DNA of 64,000 nt from Gemmatimonadota bacterium (lineage in GTDB: Bacteria > JBHIER01 > G020348925): positions 3,115,688 through 3,179,687 of the forward strand of contig CP070758.1 of NCBI GenBank assembly GCA_020348925.1, in the 5' to 3' direction. A program made the position numbers and the translations under genes. Below the pieces are notes generated by a model. The model was not told the origin of the DNA, made no database searches, and worked only from the letters and a program-made list of their open reading frames with translations. Positions 57,283 through 64,000 of this stretch are shown here, in pieces; the first letter of the stretch is position 1, and the number at the start of each line of letters is the position of its first letter.

Positions 57283-58644
57283 TCACAATTCAAGTCTCGT
57301 GACGTGCGGTACGCCCTTTGCCGCGATCCCCTTCAGGCTCTTCCGAATAATGTCCAAACCTTGATCAAGCTCATCCTGCGCAATGTTGAGCGGGGGCCTG
57401 AAACGGATCGTCCGTTCTCCGCAGCCGAGAATGGCCAATCCTTCTCGGAATGCGATCTTACGAAATTCGTCACGAATCTCTGATGAGGGCAGATTGAAGG
57501 CACACATGAGACCCCTGCCCCGGGCATTGGACACCAAATCCGCGAACTCTTTTTCAAATCCTTGGAGTTCCTTCAACAGGGCATCACCCATCGTTCGCGC
57601 ATGGTCCACCAGCTTCTCCTCTTCGATGATCTCCAGATATTTCTGGCACCGGACCATGTCGACGATGTTGCCACCCCACGTCGAATTGATTCGGCTGGGC
57701 TCCACAAAGACGTTGTTTTCGACCTCGTCTACTCTCGTGCCGGCCAAGATCCCGCAGACTTGTGTTTTCTTCCCGAAAGCAATGATGTCCGGCTGCACAT
57801 CGAAATGCTCGAAGGCCCACATCTTTCCTGTCAAGCCAATGCCTGTCTGCACCTCGTCGTACATGAGGAGAAAATCGTGTTCATCGGCGAGCCGCCTCAG
57901 TTGAACGAAAAACTCATTTCGAAAGTGATTATCCCCGCCTTCACCCTGAATCGGTTCGATAATGAGGGCAGCAATATCGTCGGGATGCTCCTCAACCGCT
58001 TTTTGAATCTGGCGAACGGTCTCCTTTTCAGCCTCTTGCACCTTTTTTACGTTCTCTTCATTCAGTGGGAAGGTCAACTTCGGATTGAGAACTCGCGGCC
58101 AGTCAAACTTCGGAAAGTACATGAATTTCCGGGGATCAGCCGTATTCGTCAAGGAGAGGGTGTAGCCCGTTCGCCCGTGGAAGGCCTGCACAAAATGGAT
58201 GACCTTGGTCCCTCGTTCCTCCTTATAGCCCTTTTCAAAATTTCTTCTCACCTTCCAATCGAAAGCGACCTTGAGTCCATTTTCGATGGCCAGGGCACCA
58301 CCCTCGATGAGAAAGAGATGGGGCAGGAACGGGGGTATGGCAATTTTTGAAAATGTGTCCACGAACTCCGCCATCTCAAGGCTGTAGACATCCGAATTCG
58401 AGGGTTTGTTCACGGCCACCCGAGCCAGTTTCTCCTTGAACTCCGGGGTCGTCATCTTGGGGTGGTTGTAACCTATGGGGGATGTGGCAAAACAGGTAAA
58501 AAAATCGAGGTAGGTTTTCCCCTCAAGGGCATCATAGATGTGTATCCCCCTGCTTTTCTCCAAATCGAATACCATCTCGTACCCGTCGACGAGCATATGC
58601 TTCTTCAAGGTTCCAAACACATCCTTCGGACGTAATCGGTTCAT
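57283..58644 (-). CDS. lat: L-lysine 6-transaminase (class-III PLP aminotransferase)
   Basis: HML.DG...V.D, NKPSNSD.Y, GALA.EN.LK.AFDWK, FHGRTGYT.SLTNT, EPIQGEGGD.H, DEVQTG, FGKKTQVCG, SRINSTWGG. Confidence 0.9.
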   Translation of the reverse strand: MNRLRPKDVFGTLKKHMLVDGYEMVFDLEKSRGIHIYDALEGKTYLDFFTCFATSPIGYNHPKMTTPEFKEKLARVAVNKPSNSDVYSLEMAEFVDTFSKIAIPPFLPHLFLIEGGALAIENGLKVAFDWKVRRNFEKGYKEERGTKVIHFVQAFHGRTGYTLSLTNTADPRKFMYFPKFDWPRVLNPKLTFPLNEENVKKVQEAEKETVRQIQKAVEEHPDDIAALIIEPIQGEGGDNHFRNEFFVQLRRLADEHDFLLMYDEVQTGIGLTGKMWAFEHFDVQPDIIAFGKKTQVCGILAGTRVDEVENNVFVEPSRINSTWGGNIVDMVRCQKYLEIIEEEKLVDHARTMGDALLKELQGFEKEFADLVSNARGRGLMCAFNLPSSEIRDEFRKIAFREGLAILGCGERTIRFRPPLNIAQDELDQGLDIIRKSLKGIAAKGVPHVTRLEL

Positions 58645-58742
58645 CTTTCCTCCTTTCGTACCAATCGATCCACGCGCTCAACCCGGGAACGACGTTGCCT
58701 GCCGACTTATCCTAATTCCAAATGTTTTCAAACGGCACCGGC

Positions 58743-58771
58743 AATTTAACGATCGAACCTTTTTTTGTCAA
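58743..58771 (-). promoter_or_regulatory. sigma70 promoter upstream of lat
   Basis: TTGACA-N17-TAAATT. Confidence 0.6.
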
Positions 58772-58903
58772 CCCCCAAAGTGGGGGGAAGTTGACAGGCT
58801 CACGTCTCGCTGGGTCGTTTTGTCAAAACGGTGGGCACCCATTCACTCCGACGCACCGACCTTTCATCCCCTCACCTCATACGGAGGTGGTGCGCACACG
58901 CGA

Positions 58904-61126
58904 TCACACATCAAGTTCGATTTTCTCACCACGTTGCCCGGACGTCTTCAAAACACCATCCACATAGAGCCGGACCTCCTCACCCTCAATTTCCACTCCG
59001 ACAACATGTCCTCGAAAGGGAACACGATCCACTCGCAGCCATTGGATCTCAAAGGGCAAGGGATCGATGACGAGCTGACCGTTGCCCTGCGGTAGAACTC
59101 CTGCCACATACTTCATCATGAGATCCACCATCCAGGAATCTTGAACGGCATCCAAGCCTCGATAGAGAGAGGGCTGACCTGTCATGGGATTGTAATGTTC
59201 GTACGAATGTGGAAATCTGACATCATCCTTTGAGAATCTCATATGGATGAACTTCGTCATGAGCTCGACCGCTTTCGATATGAGAGATGGATCTGCCCGG
59301 TTGCCTGCGTTGACCAGGGCCTCCGCGACGTGGCAATTCGCGATGGGCCACACTCTCCCGTTCCACGGACGATGGTTTCTCTTCCCCCTCCATCGAGCCT
59401 CAGGATGAAATGCCGGATCATCCCGGCTCAAAGACGCCACAGGATAAGGCGTCCAGAACTCCTCCGGATTGAGCGCATGACGTTTGAAGCCTCGATCGTG
59501 TCTCTCGTCAACGATATCCGTCATATAAGGATAAAAACAGGTTACTGTCTTCACCTTGGTCCGCTCCAGTGTGCGGGCATCGACATCGTAGAACATTTCA
59601 TCCGAAGGATCCCACATCCTGTCCAAAACGGCTCGCTTTATGCAGTCGGCCGCGTCTTCCCAGTCCTCCGCCTCCCCGACCCTCCCCAACGTACGAGCCA
59701 GAAGCGACAGGGCCTTTTTCGTGCAATACATAGTGACCGTAGAATCCACGCCCTTCAAACGCCTGCCACTATCATTCTCATTGCCCTCTTTGTTGTCGGA
59801 AGGCGCTTCGGTTCTCCTCGATAAGTATCCTCGACCAATTGTGAAATGGCTCTGAACGTCGTACAGCCCGGATTCTTCACCATCGAGTGCCTGATTACAA
59901 TACGCGGCATATTTCACCAGAGAGTCATACGCCTTCTTCAGAAAATCGGTATTGGGATGAATGGCATGAACCGCCAGAACACTTCTTGCCCAAGGCGCAG
60001 GAGGGGCGTCATGACTTGGCGTCGTGTGTGGAAAGAGGGTGTCGGGATAGTTCCCGTCCCCTGTCTGGCTTTGTTGAAGACTGAGAAAACTCTCGTGGGC
60101 CACGTCAGGAGTATCCATCCATCTCGTCTCTCGCATATGAATGGGAGCCCATTGACAGGACGGAGAGGCACCGTCTTTTGATACTGTTCTCAGCTTCAGA
60201 GCGTACCATCGATACCAGTAGTACTTTTGAATGTGTTTGTCCGAACACGCAAAGTACGGGACCCGTTCAAAAAATGTCCTCCAGCTCCGAATACTCTGCC
60301 GAAGAGGTTCTTTGGCCCTCAGCGTTTCAGCCAGCCTGGCCCAAGACTCTTGCGCGGTTGCCGCAATATTCGCAGCGCATACGAGAGATTTTCGAGCATG
60401 GGGATTCAGTTTCACTGAGGTGTGAAGAGCCATGTACAGGAGTTCGCCCGGTTTCACGTGATCGGCACCGTTTTCATGGGGAAGGTGCCCGTCCCTGAAT
60501 TTTTCGTAAAAGGGAGTATACTCCCACCTGGGAAGATTGGGCACGTTTTGAGACTGAGCGAGACAGGTGGAGAGAATGTCACGGTTCATGCCCATGCAGC
60601 AGGTCACAGCGTAATCATCAGGCCCCTCGGTCCGAAGACCTTTTCGAAAAGACAGCCTTCGACCATCACAGATTCCATCGGGCACAGAAATCTCGGCTTC
60701 AGACAGCACTACCGGTTGTCCTGTCCACATCACGAAATGGATGATACGAGGGATGGTTGCATTGTTCTTCAACGTCAACTCAGAGATCAACGAATCGTTT
60801 GGCAAAAGGGCTTTTGTCTCTGTCAGTTCGATCTTTCCCGCCACATGATACGTTTGGGTCAAAAAGGCAGGATTCCATTTTCGAGACACGAATTTCGGGA
60901 CGAGGACTCTCTCCTTCTCATCCAGGAGTGTCGTCGTGAATATCGGCTGAAATTCATACGAGGAATAATGGGCGCCATCCCAAAAACCGAGGTGATCCAG
61001 CCACTGCGGGTGCGTCGGTGCCCAAAGAAGGGCCGTGCCCCCGCCCAAATACCATGTATCGCTACGACTCAGGTATTCGATAATATCGATCTTTGCCTTG
61101 TCGTCATTCATCGTGATACGGGGCAC
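58904..61126 (-). CDS. Six-hairpin glycoside hydrolase-like protein (GH63/MGH1/trehalase-like)
   Basis: YWYRW, MWD....FYD, L.NP.EFWT.YPV.S, W.GRVWP..N, EHYNP.TG. Confidence 0.75.
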   Translation of the reverse strand: MPRITMNDDKAKIDIIEYLSRSDTWYLGGGTALLWAPTHPQWLDHLGFWDGAHYSSYEFQPIFTTTLLDEKERVLVPKFVSRKWNPAFLTQTYHVAGKIELTETKALLPNDSLISELTLKNNATIPRIIHFVMWTGQPVVLSEAEISVPDGICDGRRLSFRKGLRTEGPDDYAVTCCMGMNRDILSTCLAQSQNVPNLPRWEYTPFYEKFRDGHLPHENGADHVKPGELLYMALHTSVKLNPHARKSLVCAANIAATAQESWARLAETLRAKEPLRQSIRSWRTFFERVPYFACSDKHIQKYYWYRWYALKLRTVSKDGASPSCQWAPIHMRETRWMDTPDVAHESFLSLQQSQTGDGNYPDTLFPHTTPSHDAPPAPWARSVLAVHAIHPNTDFLKKAYDSLVKYAAYCNQALDGEESGLYDVQSHFTIGRGYLSRRTEAPSDNKEGNENDSGRRLKGVDSTVTMYCTKKALSLLARTLGRVGEAEDWEDAADCIKRAVLDRMWDPSDEMFYDVDARTLERTKVKTVTCFYPYMTDIVDERHDRGFKRHALNPEEFWTPYPVASLSRDDPAFHPEARWRGKRNHRPWNGRVWPIANCHVAEALVNAGNRADPSLISKAVELMTKFIHMRFSKDDVRFPHSYEHYNPMTGQPSLYRGLDAVQDSWMVDLMMKYVAGVLPQGNGQLVIDPLPFEIQWLRVDRVPFRGHVVGVEIEGEEVRLYVDGVLKTSGQRGEKIELDV

Positions 61127-61215
61127 TCCGCCCTATCGAAAAAAAAGCTGGGTGGCTCTGCAACCCAGCACTCGTCTTCTCTTCAACGCCCGGACATCTT
61201 AACGATCGCTGCTGC

Positions 61216-62316
61216 TCAAACAATAGCCTGCTCACTCTCTCTTTCAAAGAAATGGGCTCGGTTCATATCGAAAACCACTTCAAGCGCATCACCGGCTTTG
61301 GGCATCGCTTTCATCTCGGTCCGCGCAATGAAAGGATGATCTCCAACACTGAGATAGAGATACACCTCACTGCCCAACGGCTCGAGCACATCCAACGTCG
61401 CCGTAACGGTCGACCCGTCAGTGCGGGCTGATCTTTCCCCTCCGTATGAAATATGCTCGGGACGCATGCCGAAGACGACGTTTTTTCCGACGTAGGGACC
61501 CAAGGCGGATTCCATGTTCGGAGCAAGGCTGAGGTGGAGTTCTCCATTTCGAAACAGGAGTCCGTCCTCCCTCTGAATCTGGCCCTCGAAAAAGTTCATG
61601 GCCGGGCTGCCTATAAAACCGGCCACAAATTTATTGGCAGGTTTCTCATAGAGGTGGAGGGGCTCGTCGACCTGTTGAATGCGCCCGTCCTTGAGGACCA
61701 CTATGCGCTGCCCCATGGACATGGCCTCCACCTGGTCGTGGGTCACATAGATCATCGTTGCCCCGAGCCTCGCGTGGAGCTTGCTGATCTCCGCCCTCAT
61801 CTGGGTCCGAAGTTTGGCATCGAGGTTGGACAACGGCTCGTCAAAGAGAAACACCTTCGGCTTGCGCACGAGCGTTCGGCCCAGCGCCACCCGCTGTCGC
61901 TGACCGCCCGACAGCGCCTTCGGCTTTCGATCCAAAAGGTGAGCCACGTCCAAAATAGTGGCGGCATCATTCACTCGCTTTTTCGTTTCACTCTTTGAGA
62001 ATTTTCTCATCTTGAGACCGAAAGCCATGTTGTCGAAGACGGTCATATGAGGATAGAGCGCATAGTTCTGAAAAACCATAGCGATGTCACGGTCCTTGGG
62101 TGGCACTGTGTTCACCACTCGACCGTCGATATATATTTCCCCGCTCGTCACCTCTTCGAGGCCGGCGATGAGGCGCAACAGTGTTGATTTGCCGCAACCC
62201 GAAGGGCCAACCAGCACGACCAGCTCCTTGTCCCTTATTTCGAGGTTGGCGTCTTTGACCGCTGCCACGTTCTTATCGTATATTTTGTTCACGTTTTTGA
62301 AAACAACCTGAGCCAT
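61216..62316 (-). CDS. Carbohydrate ABC transporter ATP-binding subunit (MalK/MsmK/UgpC family)
   Basis: GPSGCGKST, VFQNYALYPHM, LSGGQRQR, DEPLSNLDAKLR, TOBE tail. Confidence 0.95.
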   Translation of the reverse strand: MAQVVFKNVNKIYDKNVAAVKDANLEIRDKELVVLVGPSGCGKSTLLRLIAGLEEVTSGEIYIDGRVVNTVPPKDRDIAMVFQNYALYPHMTVFDNMAFGLKMRKFSKSETKKRVNDAATILDVAHLLDRKPKALSGGQRQRVALGRTLVRKPKVFLFDEPLSNLDAKLRTQMRAEISKLHARLGATMIYVTHDQVEAMSMGQRIVVLKDGRIQQVDEPLHLYEKPANKFVAGFIGSPAMNFFEGQIQREDGLLFRNGELHLSLAPNMESALGPYVGKNVVFGMRPEHISYGGERSARTDGSTVTATLDVLEPLGSEVYLYLSVGDHPFIARTEMKAMPKAGDALEVVFDMNRAHFFERESEQAIV

Positions 62317-62646
62317 CCGTGCCTCCTCTTCAATCGAAGCAATGAAAATATACCAGCCTTATGATAGAAAATCAAGAAAAAGAAACAGAAAGCATCAGAG
62401 AAAACACACAACGCTTGCTTCTTGAACCGGAGTGAAACGATTTATCGTTTCAACATTGTGCAATGATACATCACTGCACTTCGAGTGTTCGATAATTTGG
62501 GCTGACACATCTCATCCCCAGGTGTGAAACGAACCCTACTTCTTAAAACACACCTACCAGGGATTACGATACATTTTTGCGAACAGAGTTTTCAGGTTTC
62601 GTCGTTCGGGATTTGGATTTTGAATTTTGGATTTTGGATTGCACGG

Positions 62647-62722
62647 TGGTGAGGGTGGTGGGAATCGAACCCACGACTCACGGCTTAAAAGGCCGTTACT
62701 CTACCGACTGAGTTACACCCTC
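62647..62722 (-). tRNA. tRNA-Lys(TTT)
   Basis: GAGGGTG acceptor stem, D-arm, ACGGC-CTTTTAA-GCCGT anticodon arm, GGTTCGATTCC T-arm, encoded CCA; 76 nt. Confidence 0.96.
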
Positions 62723-62759
62723 GCCAACTCTTTTGAAGTTCTGTGATTTTTCACATGCA

Positions 62760-62787
62760 AAGATAAGCGTTCAGAAATTGTTGTCAA
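62760..62787 (-). promoter_or_regulatory. Candidate tRNA promoter
   Basis: TTGACA-N16-TATCTT about 40 nt upstream of the tRNA. Confidence 0.55.
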
Positions 62788-63013
62788 TATAAAAATATGA
62801 TCTTCGTTCCTTCCCCCTAACGTCCTCTCACCCACAGGACGCACAATGACACCCAGGGGAAAATTGGACGCTCCATTTTACCTTCCTCTATCAAAGGGGA
62901 GATCGAGAGGGATTTGTAAAAGAAGATGCGTCAGAGGCAAGTTTTTATTGATTATCAATGAGTTAGCTTTGTCTGACCATAATGAAAAAGACAATGAACA
63001 ATAGAGGCTAACC

Positions 63014-64000
63014 TCAGATTGCGACGTGCAGACCGACCAGAAAGATATCACTCATGGCATCGGGTTCGCTCTGCGTCGTGCCGAGGTCACCGATGGGATC
63101 GAACGGATCGGGCCCACTGATGAAGTTTAACGGGACATATCCTTCCGTCCTGATGTACTCGGTAAAAATCTTCGTATGCTCATTCCACATCACTTCCAGA
63201 CCCACGACAAACTGGCTCTGATCTTCCCACGGGCTGCCGGAAGGTCCTGTTGTGAGTTGGCTGAAGTCCACAGAAATCCCTGCGTCCTTCGACATGAAAT
63301 TCAACGGGACATGATACTTCACCCCAATATCGAAAGACGAAACCTTGTGTTCTTCGAATACGTTTAGAGGCGGATTCGGGTTGTGCGTCCCGGGCCACTC
63401 ATCGGTGGTTGTCGCAAACTCGGCGAGCACCGTCAAGCGGACCCATTTCAGCGCCGAGTAAACGTCCCAGGCTGGATTGCGGAAACCGTCGGACCCGGCA
63501 AAGTGAGTGACTGGGAATTCCTGACAGTAAGCCGTTCCATCCATGTAACTACCTCCTATCATAAGAGACCGGGATCTTTTCCCGCTGAAATTGAATGTAT
63601 AGGAGATATCCACCGCGTAGTTGGCCACATCATCCGGGGTCTCATCACCCGAGTTGGCCACTCTGAACTGGGCCCCCCCTTGAATCCCCATGAAGGACAC
63701 ATTTAGGCCGTGACTCTCATATCCAATCAGGCCGCCAAAGGCCAGGCCACCAAACGCATGCAATACGGTGGACGCGGAAAAGGGATTCACCGTATCCGTC
63801 AGACCAAAGGGCGTGGCCATCTTACCGATGGAGGTATAGAAAGGATATTTCGAAAGGTCGCCGATGAGTACATACCCCCTGCGAAGGGACAGTTGATTCC
63901 TTTCAAGATCCGTTAAGGTTCCGGAGCCAAAACTCTGCAACGGATTATAAAGCACGTGAAAATACATGGTGGCCCAGGGCGTCACCGTGCCTGTTACCTG
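63014..64000 (-). CDS. Putative outer-membrane beta-barrel/porin, 5'-truncated by the window edge
   Basis: Alternating amphipathic strands, GK...PFG motif, C-terminal strand FLVGLHVAI. Confidence 0.6.
   Translation of the reverse strand, partial: QVTGTVTPWATMYFHVLYNPLQSFGSGTLTDLERNQLSLRRGYVLIGDLSKYPFYTSIGKMATPFGLTDTVNPFSASTVLHAFGGLAFGGLIGYESHGLNVSFMGIQGGAQFRVANSGDETPDDVANYAVDISYTFNFSGKRSRSLMIGGSYMDGTAYCQEFPVTHFAGSDGFRNPAWDVYSALKWVRLTVLAEFATTTDEWPGTHNPNPPLNVFEEHKVSSFDIGVKYHVPLNFMSKDAGISVDFSQLTTGPSGSPWEDQSQFVVGLEVMWNEHTKIFTEYIRTEGYVPLNFISGPDPFDPIGDLGTTQSEPDAMSDIFLVGLHVAI

Noticed and set aside
60450-60465. Second parS candidate GGTTTCACGTGATCGG
   Set aside because: Only 11/16 match and one arm is broken
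62320-63010. Island integration at tRNA-Lys and the short GATTTTG-like repeats at about 62610-62640
   Set aside because: No integrase and no duplicated tRNA 3' end seen; the repeat is short, degenerate and low-complexity

Overview
Chromosomal window from a Gram-negative bacterium, almost entirely on the minus strand. It probably belongs to a non-Bacteroidota FCB lineage (inference: T9SS/FlgD-type C-terminal domains occur together with canonical TTGACA/TAnnnT promoters and AGGAGG Shine-Dalgarno sites). Housekeeping content: rsmA (partial), rtcA, a MoxR-DUF58-BatA/vWA operon, four nucleotide-sugar genes, a V/A-type (probably Na+) ATP synthase operon, parA-parB-M23-bactofilin, an OmpA-family protein, ppdK, lat, an ABC ATPase and tRNA-Lys. 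Most notable: (1) a 15-kb cluster of secreted FlgD-tailed proteins led by a ~2,645-aa acidic Cys-rich giant, behind an array of 3-4 tandem sigma70 promoters, with intergenic stem-loops and a shared unnamed ~115-aa module; (2) a cohesin lipoprotein next to a secreted alpha/alpha-barrel protein with cohesin-dockerin-cohesin, preceded by a TonB receptor/YdjY/alpha-barrel unit, suggesting a non-cellulolytic cellulosome-like surface complex; (3) a secreted Ig-repeat gene inserted between ATPase subunits A and B, with B carrying a 1-nt frameshift; (4) an unannotated 51-aa zinc-ribbon ORF after rsmA and a parS-like site. No CRISPR array, transposase, integrase or rRNA was seen. All domain calls come from motif recognition by eye, not from database searches.
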